Below, in pieces: positions 22,249 to 35,585 of a stretch of DNA of 39,663 nucleotides (the first letter of the stretch is position 1; each line of letters opens with the position of its first letter). Both the position numbers and the translations under genes were made by a program. Origin of the DNA: Octopus bimaculoides (taxonomy: Eukaryota); assembly GCF_001194135.2 (NCBI RefSeq), contig NC_068983.1:94644347-94684009 (forward strand), given 5' to 3'. Below the pieces are notes generated by a model. It was not told where the DNA came from. It saw nothing but the letters and a program-made list of their open reading frames with translations, and made no database searches.

Positions 22249-22367
22249 CTAGGGAAGAATAAACAATATTTCATTAAAAATCATGAGAGAAAAGAATATG
22301 TAATTGCTAAAAAGGAACTATAGTTATATTGTAATTTCACTGCCCTTCAGAACTCTAAGTGATTATT

Positions 22368-22596
22368 TTAACCTTTCAGCATTTAAACCAGCCATGTCTG
22401 GCCTAAATACTATACCCAATTTATGTTTAAACTGGCCAGATCTGACTTCTCACACCTACCCTACTTAGTCATTCTAAAAATAAACAACCACATCATCAAA
22501 ACCTCAAAGCTATGAGATAATGCATAATCAATTCAAAATAATGCAAATAAAAAAAGTATTATATTTGACAGAATAAACTGAATACTAAAGGGTTAA
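22368..22596. mobile_element. piggyBac-type MITE with TTAA ends in a ZNF598 intron
   Basis: TTAA-cctttcagcatt ... aatactaaaggg-TTAA: imperfect TIRs bounded by TTAA. Confidence 0.55.
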
Positions 22597-23439
22597 GTAA
22601 TTATTTCTACAAGCTAATGTAGATATCACACACTGCTTATATCATCTATATCAACACACTCGCACTTCAGATGATGTATAATAAACAGCTATTCTAGTTC
22701 ACTTATGCTTTTCATGTCACAATATACATTCAACAAATCATACTCAATTCATGTCTCTACAATCTCCAGAAATCTTCCATATTCAGGCTACTGACATGTG
22801 AAGCTCATGTGACAGAAAACAGAAATGATGATGATAACTGCTGCCAGCACAATCAGATCACCTAATTATTATCAACATTTAGTACATGACCGTCGCTTCA
22901 TGAGTGTGCTTACCGATAACTAATCCAGTGCATCTAGCACATCTGCAGTCCTAGTTCTCTTCAAGTCTGCTAGAGATCCCACTACATCTTTGTAAACACT
23001 CACTGCTTACAATGAATTTAGATATTGAAGACTTATCCACTAACTGCTTTTATATTGAAGAAGATCACTTCACTGATAACACAGATTTTCTAACAAGTAA
23101 CATTAGAATTGTTATTTTCTACAACAGTATAACAGCCCATTCTTAAAGCCATCTTTCTGCATACTCACTTTTGAAGACGGTGTCTAGAGTACTGTCTGCT
23201 GGGTTTAGAAAGCCTAAACCACTCTAATACTTTAGTCTTGGTCTTACTGCATAACATGCTCCATAACTTACTCTTGGATGAAAACTCTTTTGTCTATACA
23301 CTGAAGCTAGTAACAGTGTCTAGTTGGGGATCATTTTCTTTGTTTTTTGGGACAAAAATGATAAAAAGAATGTCAATACAGAGCATGGTTGATAATCTTA
23401 ATCTGACACTTCTTATTGACTTCCTTCATTGATACAGAC

Positions 23440-23635
23440 AGTTCCTTCCGGTGCTGTGTAAAAGCAGCCAGTACACTCTGTAAAGTGGTTGGCATTAGGA
23501 AGGGCATCCAGTTATAGTAACCACGCCAAAACAGACATGGAGCCTGAATAGCTCTTCAGCTGGTCAGCTTCTGTCAAACCATCCAACCCATGCTGGCATG
23601 GAAAACGAATGCTAAATGATGATGATGATGATGAT
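23440..23635 (+). mobile_element. RTE-related 3' tail fragment ending in (GAT)n
   Basis: gtggttggcattaggaagggcatccag...gtcaaaccatccaacccatgctggcatggaaaac...(gat)6; similar to 14050-14200. Confidence 0.7.
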
Positions 23636-24179
23636 TCATTGCTCGACAGACTATACAAAATAGAACCATGTCAAATGCCTTTTCTAGGTCAGAAGTATTT
23701 TTACTTTATTCAAGACAATTCTAGCAGTTACAATGTGATTACACACACACACCTAATTCTATCCATAAAAATTGTCTTGTACCAACTTGGATATAATAGG
23801 TCTCCATTATTTTCACTACTCAATCCTGTAATTTTTCTAGTGTTTCTCCAACATTTTCATAACAGTTAATAACAATGTTATATCACATAGATTAACAGCT
23901 TTTTGTAAAATCAACTTAGCCAAGACAGTGTTTCTCATAAGGACTCTCACTTGTGGAGGGGAATGTGAGGTTTGAAAACAGGGCAAACAAATTGCTCGGT
24001 TTAATAAATCAAGCTGGTTTCCAATATGTTTTTTATTTGTCTAACATCATGGTAAACAAAGAAGAATTATAAAGATGTAAATTCTATTTTGCCTTCTCAA
24101 TAACAAGGAGGGGAACAAAAAATTTCACAGTTATCAGATTGGAAAGAAACAAATGCTTCTTTGGTCTTAATTAATGGAT

Positions 24180-25290
24180 TTAATCAAAATATATTTCCTT
24201 TCACTATTGATAACATAATCCCATCTATCTGGCAAATCATTGATCCCTCAGACATAAAATTCTTTGGATTTTGAAGTAAAGAAACATCAATATCATTTTT
24301 AATCCCTTCACAATTGATAAACTGTTTTCCTTCTAAATAATGTTGCAATAATCTGAAAAAATGATAGTCAGATGGAGTAAGAAGGGTGAGGCAAAACTTC
24401 CATATTTAATGCCACAATCTTTTCCTGAGTGATTTGGGAAATATATGGTCTTGCATTATCATCTCAGAGCAACACCTTTTTATGATTTACCAATGATAGG
24501 CACTTTTTATGTGCTAGGCATTCCAAATGACAACAATACTTAGCTGCATTACTGTTTCATTTTGGTTTAAGTTAATGCAGAGAAATATTGTTCTCAGCTT
24601 GGAAGCATTACACAAAAATTTACAAAAAGTACCTGCCATTGGTCAATCATAAAGAAGTGTTGATCTTACATGACAATATAAGGCCAGATATTGCCCAAGT
24701 CATTCAGGAAAAGATTATGGCATTAAATATGAATGAGATCCTTCATATCCCACGAAACAGAACATAACATTTTTTGGTTGTAGCCTGGTTTGGGAGATGG
24801 ATTTTCCTTCTTCATTGGGTACAAACCATTGTTGTTTTCATAGAGAATCGACTTTTCATCACTTGTAATGATTCTACCTAGGAAAGGCTCAGTAGCAAGT
24901 CTACTCTTCAAAGATGAGTAGAAAACAACTCTTTGATTAAGCTGAGAAGCAATCAGATGATGAGGGGACCTAATGACCAAGTTAAGACATGAAGATGTTT
25001 TATGATCAAAGTATGACTTCAACTAATTCTTGTGCAGTTTGCTTTGGATTTTCTTCAACTATGATTTTCAGAAGCTCAATATCAACAGAACTTGGTCATC
25101 CAGATTGAGGAGAATCTGCAAGAGAAAAATTTCCTGAGCAAAACTGGTCAAACCATCATTGGCATGTCTGAACACTTAAGGTTTCATTTCTATAGGCCGA
25201 GTAAATATTACTTGCCACTTCCATTGCTGAAGAGCCCCTTTGGAGTTCATACAGCATGCAGTGTTTGATATGGATCTGATCTAAAATCAT
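24180..25290 (-). mobile_element. Decayed near full-length mariner (Tc1/mariner) transposase
   Basis: Minus-strand remnants: HIKHCMLYELQRG...WFDQFCSGNFSLADSPQSG (HTH), EPFLGRIITSDEK (first catalytic D), DDNARP, LPHP..PSDYHFF and GINDLPDRWDYVI; many stops and frameshifts. Confidence 0.88.
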
Positions 25291-26001
25291 TTTATAAAGT
25301 TAAAGATTGATATGAATTTAATCACAACAGTATAAAGTAATCTGCAAACAAAGAAGAAATCATTAGAATATAAAATTTAATGTTTATTTTACTTAACTAT
25401 TGAAAAAGTACCTTCAGTGTGATCATGTCAAAAATACAACAGGACTTACTTTTCAACTTGTACATATTAGGAAAGGAGATGGAGTAGGGGCTGGTATTTG
25501 TCAGTTTAAGATTCACTGGCTTATGTAACTAATACATTCCTACCTACTGTTACATAGTTAGCATTGCACTAAATCCTGAATAATTTCAGTTCTGATTCCA
25601 CTAAACCAGACTACAGAGCAAGATGAAGGACATCTAGCTATTTCCAGCATGTTGGATCTCCTTAACTGTTTCTGAGTTGAACAAATTTCTCTTCAATATG
25701 ATACTGAAAATATGTCTGTACAGGCATGGAAACTATTGAAGAGTTGTGTTCTATGTGTCATGATAAATAGAACAAAGACCACAGGTTTGAAGTTTATTAC
25801 AAAAAAATAGTTCACATTCTTAACTTCTAGAATATGTATTGACCAACTCTGCAATAACATCACTTACTTTCACTAAGTGGATCCCTTGAAAAAAATTATA
25901 ACAAAATTTCATTCAATCTGAATATTTGTATTCCAATAAATAAAACATTGCAAATACATTAGTGCATATAACTATTGAAGAAAATGTGAATAGATGTTTA
26001 C

Positions 26002-26092
26002 CTTCCATCAAAATATGCCCTTCCTTTTTGAGCTTTAGAATATCTTCCACGAGAACTTGCTTCATTTCTGTAGTCTGGACGACCACCAATAT
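26002..26092 (-). CDS. ZNF598: ZNF598 short internal exon (RG-rich linker)
   Basis: Acceptor tgttgcAG at 26094-26093 and donor GTaaac at 26001-26000; 91 nt, phase 1-2. It bridges exactly the phase-1 end of the previous exon and the phase-2 start of the last exon. Translates (D)IGGRPDYRNEASSRGRYSKAQKGRAYFDG(R). Confidence 0.85.
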
Positions 26093-26429
26093 CTGCAACA
26101 TTCAGATTTTCATGTAAACTTCTTTTACAGTTAAATAAAATTCCTTAACAGCTAAAAGTCATCTCCTGAGCAATATCTAAGATTACTATTTTTACTTAGT
26201 GATCAACATGTAATAAAGAATTGAAAGAAAACAAGAACAGGTCTGCCTCAAACATTAGAATTCACATTTTATTTGAATTTACAAATTTTATTAAACTGAA
26301 ACAGCTTTTGATTAAATTTTCATAACAATTATGGTAGCTGTTTTGAAGAATTTGTTCTCAGTCTTTGGGCTGGTACCAAATTCTTTGAACAATGACCATG
26401 GTGATGATGAAGATGAATTCCAATATTTT

Positions 26430-29420
26430 AAATCCAGATTTGTCCCCGTTAACGGGGGCCAGATCTACCTCACTCTTACAGCAACCACTCTCACATCATC
26501 CAGCCTGGTTTTGGGTGTCCTCTCTCCTCAAGCCAACCCTCCCAATCTGCTCCTCCACGTTGTCTTTTGGTTGACCTTGCTTTCACAGTTCATTCATTTT
26601 AAACTCAAGCACTCTCCTCAGAACATGAACCTCATCCCTCCTCAACACATGTCCATACCACCAAACTCCATCCGTCTTTACCAGCTGTTCCACCGATTCC
26701 TCCAACCTCAGCATCCCTATCAAGTCCTCAGCCCTCCTTTTATCCGATAGTTTCACATCACACATTGCTCTCTCGGTCCTTCTCAAAATTGCCATTTCGC
26801 TTTCCCTCAGGCACCATGTTTCACTCCCATACAGCATTGCCGAGCTCATGCAACTCCAATAAACCCTTCCTTTCATCTTCAAAGAGAACCTTTTCCCATA
26901 TAATAATGCTCCACATTCCCTGAACTTCACCCAGCCAAGTCTTGCTCTTGCTGTCACAGATACTTCACATCCACCCTATCTCTCAAATAACAAAACCCTT
27001 TCACCGTTTCCACCTTGTCACATAGCGTTTCCACTGGTTCCACCAGCCCTCCAGCTCCTTTCTCACATCTTCCACAAACAAACTCCCTTGCCAGTCTTGG
27101 GGTCACCTTCTTCATTTTCATACATCTACCATGAATCCATTTCCCACATGTGCCATTACCCTCCTCCCACACACACCACATGGATCCACCTTACTCACTA
27201 ACACTTCTTCCACCCCACTCACCACCACCATTGTCTTCCTGAGGTTTACTTTCAAACACCTCCTCCTATTTCCAAAACTTCTCCCTCAATCCCTCCATCA
27301 TCTCACTCATCAGAACAAGGTCATCCACAAACAGTATCTCCATTATCAATCCCTCTCTTGCAGTCTCCGTCACCACATCAATCACTATTGCACCTTCCTT
27401 GGAACCCTATCAAATGCCTTCTCTAGATCAACGAAGCACATGTACCACCCCTTCTTATCTCAGTATTTCTCTTGCAATCTCCTTACAATGAACACTGTTT
27501 CTATTGTCCCCTTTCCTGGCATAAAACCAAATTGCATCCACCATTTTCTGAATTCTCCTCTCCAACACCCTTTCCATGATCTTCCTTGCATGCTCCAAAA
27601 ACTTCACTCCCCTATACGCCCCACAACTCATCTCATCCTCCTTTCCCTTGAAGATCGGTACCACCACACTTAGTGTCCAATCATCTGACATTCCTCTTCT
27701 ATCCAGCACATCCTGGCAGAACTCCACCAATACAATCCCTATCTCTTCACTTGCAGTTATCATTTCCACACTTGCTTCTGATGGACCAGCTGCCTTTCCT
27801 GTTTTCATTTCTTTCATTGTCTCCACTACTTCTTCCCAACTAACCCTCTTCACTACAACAGCTTCCACTCTTTGATTCCATTCATTCTCCTCATTCATAA
27901 TTCCCACCATATGCTCTTTCCAAACTCTTCCCCTGTCCTTCTCACTAAAATTCAACCTTCCATCACTCCTGCCTCACAACCTTCACTCCTTCAACATCCC
28001 TTCCATCTTTTTTTTTCATTAATTTCATAAACCGAAACACTATCTGGGTTCTCATCCAGCCTGCTCAACTTCTCCTCAGCCTCTTTCCTCACAGATCTCG
28101 CAACCACCCTCTTTGCACGATTCTTCATGTCATTATACCTAGCTTTCATTTGCTCAGTCCCATTATTACATAGAGTCTTGTGTACCTCCTTCTTCTTTGT
28201 TATCACATCCCTCACCTCCTCGTTCCACCACCACATATCTCCTTGATCTCTTCTACCTTTCATCCTTCTGAACACTTCGTCACATGCCTTTAGTACCCCT
28301 TCTTTAAAAGACTTCCACAAATCCGGTGCATCAATGCTTACCAACTCCCCAACTCTCTCCTCAAACTTTGCTCTTGTTTTCTCTTCCTTCAGTTTCCACA
28401 CCTTTCTCCACTCTACCGTTCCCTTTCTCACACAGTTTTTAACTTTATCCAAGTCAGCAACCACCAACCTGTGCTGCAACTCACCTTGTATTGTTTTCAC
28501 ATCTCTCAGATACTTTGCTTTCCATGCCAACCAACACAAAATCAATCTGTCTTATTCCCTCCTGCACTGAAAGTCACCTTCCTTTTCTCCATTTTCCTAA
28601 ACCATGTGTTTGCCACACACAACTCCTTCTCATTGCAAAACTTCAACAGCATCCTTCCTTCTATATTTCTCTCCCCAATTGTTTTCCCCGTGCACACCCT
28701 CAAATCCCTGGATCCATTTCCCAACATGTCCATTAAAATCACCCATGCCCCAAACCAATTCATCTATCTTATGCTCTTCCTCAGCGATTCCTCTTTCACT
28801 TTGCAGACCATACCCACAAATCACCCTCAACACTGTCACTCTTACTCCTAACCTTCACTACCTTCTCACAGATTTCTTCCTTCACCAAAACTCCCCCACC
28901 TCTAGTCCCCTAGCCATTTCCTGACCACCACAACTTGTACCTTCTGCCCTTGACCCCCACAAATCTTGCACCCTGGCCACCTAGCCTCCTGCACACAGTA
29001 CACATCCACCCTCCTCTTCCTCAATTCTTCACACACCTCAGTTGCCCTTCTATGCAGACTGCCCAATTTCTAACTTCCAAACCTCACTCCAAGTTTCTAC
29101 TAAGGCTATTGGCCATCATAAGGCAAGTCATGCTTGCATGACCTAGGATAGGGTTTCTACCTTCCTTTTTGAGATAGGCAGATGCAGCCCACCCCAACCT
29201 TTGGGCTGGTTGGTACCCATGCTTCTTTGCTGTTGTCATGAGGCTTTTTTGGAGCTGGATTTTCTGCAGGGAGCATGCCCTTGCTTACCCCCAACCTCAG
29301 TTTCTAAACATGAGTGGTCCTGAGACCAAGGGCTTTACCATGATTTTTAAGAAATGTGGTGGAAAACTAGCTCGGGAAGGCAGGGATGCTACTTCCTGAG
29401 ACCCCTTTTGGAGCTCCCCT
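26430..29420 (-). mobile_element. Decayed RTE-clade LINE (APE plus RT), internally deleted
   Basis: Remnants: GDFNGHVG and ELCVANTWF (APE); KAAGPS, DWTLSVVVPIFKGK, YRGVKFLEH, CFVDLEKAFDRVPR and EILFVDDLVLMSE (RT); CGKWIHGRC and AMLYGSETW. Frameshifted; the RT QG segment is missing at about 27390. Left and right ends approximate. Confidence 0.9.
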
Positions 29421-29737
29421 ACCATATGAATAGGATATCCTACAATAATGATCACATAACATGAAACTATATTTATCAGGGAACTACAGCATTTTGCTAT
29501 ATATAGAAAGTTAAAAATGAGAAACTGATACATTATAGAAAGAATTAGTTCATCTTTTATGACCAACACTACAAGCCAAAATCTATAAACAGAATTATCA
29601 TGGCTTTGAAACATATAATAGTGTGATAAATACAGACAAAGCAAACTATTAAATTGATTATTAACAAATGATATATTAATTAAAGTAAACTTTAATACAT
29701 ATTAGTAAACTGTTATATTTGAAAATTTAAGTCTTAC

Positions 29738-29955
29738 CTCTAGCTCTGATGCGTGGAGGCAGTTGGAAATCTAAATCAATAGTGCGTGCCTGTCGTGCTT
29801 GGGCCTTGGTAAGATTTTGCCCATGTTCCTGAGTGATATGTTTTTTAAGGTCTATATCAGTGCGAAATGCATGAGTGAATTGTGCATTGGCACACTCGGG
29901 CTCTTCACATAAATAATGTTCCTTTCGAAAATGTTCCTTTAACACGCTGTATTCA
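29738..29955 (-). CDS. ZNF598: ZNF598 internal coding exon (C2H2-like finger)
   Basis: Acceptor ctcttctAG at 29957-29956 and donor GTaaga at 29737-29736; 218 nt, phase 2-1. Translates (D)EYSVLKEHFRKEHYLCEEPECANAQFTHAFRTDIDLKKHITQEH...RTIDLDFQLPPRIRAR. Confidence 0.96.
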
Positions 29956-30196
29956 CTAGAAGAGAGAAATGGTAATTAAATTGTGGCAAAAAGGAAGTCT
30001 TCACAAACTGGTAAATGAAATATACTCAACAACATACTTGTTAATGTATAAATGTACAAAACAACATACAAGCCTAAAAATGAAATACAATGTAAAATAT
30101 AAACTGTAAATGTTCAAAGCCTTCCACAATGTCAATGCAGATATTGCTTTTCCTTAATATTAATTAATACCATAAGGACATTTATAAATTTGACAT

Positions 30197-30566
30197 TTAC
30201 TTTTGATGATGGGCTATATTAAAAGGGTAAAGACCCTCTTTGGTCATGAATGACCATGGGATTGCACCTAGAAAGTTACACTCCAAGGCACCAATCCGGG
30301 AAAGGTTGTTTATGGAAGACCAGCAGTCGCTCAGGCATACCAGCCTCCTCTCTCCACACCAATGATGTTATCCAAGGGAAAGGCAAAGTCCGATACAGCT
30401 TGGCACCAGCAACGTCACAACTCAGTTCTACAACTGAGTGAACAGGAGTAACGTGAAATAAAAGTGTCTTGCTCAATAAACACAACACACAGCCCAGTCC
30501 AGGAATCGAACTCACAACCTCATGGTTGTGAGCCTGACACTCTAACTACTGAGTTATGCACCTTCA
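30197..30566 (-). mobile_element. Intact tRNA-derived SINE, same family and orientation as 17128-18528
   Basis: Head with A/B-box-like motifs at about 30500-30560 and 3' end ttacttttgatgatggg shared with the 17173 copy. Confidence 0.85.
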
Positions 30567-30662
30567 TTAGGACATAAATTAAGGATCTTATCAAAAAAAT
30601 AAGGTACTTGAAAGCTCAACATTGGAAAAATCAAACTGAAATCAAAATATTAATAGACTTAC

Positions 30663-30877
30663 TCGTAGTATTGATTAGAGATGTTGTCTGCATCACAAAA
30701 ATGGCAGAACAAGTGATCTTTACGCAAATGCCGATAGAGATCATCAATATCCATGTAACGCTTTTGACAAAACTGACATAGTGGATGACCTTGATAGGCA
30801 GAATCATCGGGATCCCCTACACTACGATGAAGAGCAAGTTCAGTTTGAGTGTAAAGCTTTCTTTCTGACGTAAAGAT
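30663..30877 (-). CDS. ZNF598: ZNF598 internal coding exon (zinc-finger region); not in the ORF track
   Basis: Acceptor ttttgtAG at 30879-30878 and donor GTaagt at 30662-30661; 215 nt, phase 0-2. Translates IFTSERKLYTQTELALHRSVGDPDDSAYQGHPLCQFCQKRYMDIDDLYRHLRKDHLFCHFCDADNISNQYY, carrying the GDPDD..GHPLC.FC signature of ZNF598/Hel2. Confidence 0.96.
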
Positions 30878-31332
30878 CTACAAAATAAATTGAAATGATA
30901 ATTTAACTCTGAGATAGCATAAAGCAATAAAAGGAACTAAATATTAAAATACACATGGCAAAAATAGTTAAATAATCCAAAGGGTTACAATTAATTGGAC
31001 ATCATTAATATCTGTTCACACTGATATGTCTAGTATAGAATGTCATTATCCATTTCCCAAGTAGAAGTGCAAAAATGTATGCATACTATTATGTTTGATA
31101 GTTCAATATCAATAAGTTAACTTCACAAAAAGGATTAACAATTCTATGAAATCTCAATGCAAACCACATCCAGACATTTCATTAAAGGATATTGGCATTG
31201 TAGCAGAGATCTTAAAAATCCACACCAGAAGGTTGTAACCAAAATAATAAGCAAGGAATAAATAATTCTGAGACTATACAATGTATTGTGAATCAACAAC
31301 CAAGAAAGATGGATGGAGAGAGTTAAAAAGTG

Positions 31333-31336
<4 letters not shown>

Positions 31337-31410
<74 letters not shown>

Positions 31411-31421
31411 AGAGAGAGAGA
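31337..31421. repeat. (GA)n microsatellite
   Basis: Seen directly. Confidence 0.95.
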
Positions 31422-34400
31422 GTGGTGCTACTCAACACAGTTTAAAAGCAATGACTTTTTTAAAAAGCCAGTCAAGAGGGTAAGGATTTGAGAACTGAAT
31501 TGTATTTGCATCAGCATTCATCTAATACTTAAAACAATTTCATTTCTGGAGAGTATTGACAAGAATGACCAAACCATAAGACTAGTGGGTGTTAGATACA
31601 GATAGTAGTGGCATCACATAAATCATTATGCAAAGTTTGATTTCCTAGAGATCAAGCAACAATCTTAAAAGCAGTGGGAGTTAAGTTAATGTACTTCTCA
31701 GTTATATTGTTGGACAGATCAGTCAATAGGCAAGAAAAGTCCAAATAAAGAAACCCACTTTAACCCAGTTGGAAAACCAGCTGAGAAGACCTTGCTTTTG
31801 AATGTATTTACTTTCAGGTTAACTTGCCTCAAAGTATTCAATCACCTAATATATCTGGAAATTGGAAAGAGACAAGCATGAGAGAGCACCATCATCATAA
31901 TTAAGGTATGTATTCACTATAACCTTACCTAGATTCACTTAATTGTAATCAGCGACAAGAATAGGGGATTTTTGTAATCATTCAACCAATGTTCCATCCA
32001 TGGTTATTCAGTCCATTTATGTGGAATATTTCAACACAATAAAGATAGACTAAAAGATATATGGCTGCTAATTTTAGCAATTTGAATGACCACTATAATA
32101 CCATCCTAAGAATGAACATAAACTTTCAAACTCAATCTGCATAAAAAAAAAACACGCAGTACACACAAAAATAAGTATCAATAACATAATTAGCACTAAA
32201 GACTACTTTGAGATACAACCAGTGTTATAATTAACTCTGGTTGTGAGTATCTCAAAGTACAGAGGGACAGCATCTATTTGTGCTCTGACCAAGTAACCAG
32301 GACAAACTGGAGGGTGATGAAAGTACAATATGCCCAAAATGTTACATTACTCAAAACAGTATATCTGCAGTACTGGATCTGTGGATCATAGTTATATGAC
32401 CAATTATGCTAACACAGCATAGGTCAAGTCTTCTTCATTAAGACTGACTGGTGTTAAACAACAACAAAAATATGTGGATAACAGTCAATTATATAATTGA
32501 ACTCTGCTAAACATCCCATTTTATGTCAAATATGTCTCCTCAACTCTATTCTAATTTTGGTTAGTGTCACAAGCTGACAAATATTTGCTTGTATGACACC
32601 CAACAATGACTGGTGATGCATAGAATCAAAACAAACCTTGAAGCCCAGGAATGCAATGATGATAAACAGCTAAATTTTCCCAAGAGTTACCAGGATGTGA
32701 AGACTCAAGGTGAAAATTTGACCCCCATTATCATTTTAGGTCCACTTTTCTATGCAGGAGCACACAGTGTAACAGTCAACTTTATTATTATGTTTATCTT
32801 ATAGTGGACCAGATACATTTTATTATGTTAGAAGGCCTAGAGAGTGTTGTGCCATATGAGAGGACTAAGGAGTCCCCTCCGCTCTGTATTGACTCTTATT
32901 CAAAGTTATTGTACAGTAAGATAACTTATGTTTGAGTGTGCAGAGTCTAGTGTCATTCATAGATTTTATTTTTACCAGTTTTTATGTTTGAATGTCCTTC
33001 CTATTACCACCACTTTACAAGTTGTATTGGATGAAGCAAATTTTCCTGATGTTAAAATATTTCAATAATGACTAGTCTTCACACTGACATATTTATATGA
33101 AAAAGAGACAGATAAAGAATTCAATGAGGAAAACAGTTGAGGAACTGTAAATGAACAGCTTTTTGTAAGAATTCAAATAGATCTATAGTCACAGAAGAGG
33201 TACACAGATCTAGGTAGCAAGGTGATGGTGCAACATTATGGAGCTGATTGTAAAAAAGAAAAGATAAAGTGGAATTGGTACACAGTACAAACTAGGTGAT
33301 AGGTTTACCTGCCAATATTTTATTAATGAAATAAGCAGATTCAATAGAAAACTGAACAAAATGACGTGATACTTAATGCACTCTACTTTCTGAATTCTAT
33401 GGAAGTCAACTTTGCTTTCATCTCTAGAATCAATAAAATAAAATACACCCTACCACCAAAATGTGTGACTTTGTACCAGTATTTGAAATTAATGTTTTGA
33501 TGATAGAATGAGAAAGTGCTTTGAATAACAAAACAGTATATCTGTTTAACAGAAAAGAAAAAAAAGGGATGTCCAAATGGCATGAACATACCTAACTCAC
33601 AGTGACAGTCTGACTATGATAGATTACCAAATAAAGAGTACAAATAGCCAACAGAGAAACCTGTGAATAAAGAAAATGTCTTTGAAATAAGAAAAAAATG
33701 TAGATAAGAACTCTGAGATAGTGTACAAGATGTTGAAAGCTTTCCATGTTAATAACATGCTTTGCTTATCAAGTTCTATACAAAGGGTATATTCTATTGA
33801 TTACTATGGCAGCACTCTGATCATCTGCTACAAATATAGATAAAGCATTTTAGAGAGAATATTCCAGAAGGAACTCAGGCATTCATGGATATAAAAACAA
33901 CTTTCAATGTAAACTCACTTTCTTTCATCCAGGAGTTAATGGGAAAACTATGTATTGCTGGAGTGCACAGAAGAGTCAATGTCCTCAGTGAGAAGATTAA
34001 AATAAAAGTAGATGTTTAACAGTATTTCTCAGTATTCTGCATTCCTTGAAGATAACACCAAAAGGATGAGGGTTTTATAGAAATGGTTGGGATTTATTCA
34101 AGGGATATAAGTAGGCAACAATGCAATATTACACTGCTAGTATATAAAGGATTAAGCGACACCTTGAGTAAACTGTCAACAAAAAGTTGAGAGTTTTACA
34201 TGCATTTGAATAATAAAATTGAAAACTGAAGAGCTTTTTATAACGAGCTAACTAAAAGGTAGCTCATTATAAAAGTACTTAAGGACATAATGACTTCTAG
34301 AATTAAAGATAACAATAACTTGGAGCAGTTCTTCCCAAACTTTTTAAACTATCATCTCTGTTCTTTTACTAACACCTTTTTTTCAATGACCTTCCTTCAC

Positions 34401-35053
34401 CATTTTTAATATACATATATGTAATATCAAGCCAGAGCAATTTAGTTCTGGATACTAGTTTAACAGAGAGACAACTTACCACATCACCATCCCACTACAA
34501 GTAAATATTTGATGCATCAGTACTTGACCTCATTTACTGACCCAATCTTCAGAGTGTCGCTTCGGCCAAAGTCAATAATATATTCTTTCTGCTTCATATA
34601 TACACCCTCATAGTTACCAGTTAAAAGTTATCTTTATATTCTGATTTATAGTTGAATTTTCTCAATGTTCACATAAATATTGATTTCTCTGTTTACATTT
34701 AAATTGTCAAGTTAACATATGTCCGTTTGATACATGGGAGCAGATTATGAGATTAACAGATGGCACTGGTAGCTAGCAGTGACAAAATTCAAGCACATAC
34801 ATATCCATACAAAAGTTAGGATATTACCTAATACTACTGCATGTATGAAATTACCCACAAATTTTAACAATGATTTGAAAATAGTATTTTAGTTTCTTGT
34901 GTTTAATTTACATGCATACATAATATATATTCAATTTTGTTTATTACTTATGCATATTTCAGAGTTTATTATTATTGTTGATATTGTCATTGTTATAGCT
35001 TTTGTCAGTATTGTGATTCAGGCAAACAAGCAATTTATCACAATAATTAAAAA

Positions 35054-35208
35054 GGAGTGGGCTGTGTGGTAAGTAGCTTGCTTATGAACCACATGGTTCC
35101 GGGTTCAGTCCCACTGCGTGGCACCTTCGGCAAGTGTCTTCTACTATAGCCTCGGGCCGACCAAAGCCTTGTGAGTGGATTTGGTAGACGGAAACTGAAA
35201 GAAGCCCG

Positions 35209-35260
<52 letters not shown>

Positions 35261-35467
35261 GTATATGCTTGTGTGTCTGTGTTTGTTCCCCCAACATTGC
35301 ATGACAACCGATACTGATGTGTTTATGTTCCCGTAACTTAGCGGTTCGGCAAAAGAGACTGATAGAATAAGCACTAGGCTTACAAAGAATAAGTCCTTTC
35401 CTTGACTAAAGGCGGTGCTCCAGCATGGCCACAGTCAAATGACTGAAACAAGTAAAAGAGTAGAGTA
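35054..35467 (+). mobile_element. Full-length tRNA-derived SINE with an internal (TA)n expansion
   Basis: Head gtgggctgtgtggtaag, B-box-like gggttcagtcc (35101), gcaccttcggcaagtgtcttct, and tail gcagtc/acagtcaaatgactgaaacaagtaaaagag. Confidence 0.85.
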
Positions 35468-35585
35468 TATATATATATATATATAAAATATGGAGATAAA
35501 CACACACACACAAAAAAAAAACTGTATAAATGTACCACTTGCCTCCTGCCCAACAGTTTTTTTGTCCCCAGTGCCCACATAAAAT

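Noticed and set aside
25913-26101. 62-aa ORF MLQILVVVQ...
   Set aside because: Wrong frame; the splice phases require the DIGGRPDY... frame.
26331-29141. Many plus-strand ORFs rich in L/S/H/P/T
   Set aside because: Antisense translations of the RTE LINE.
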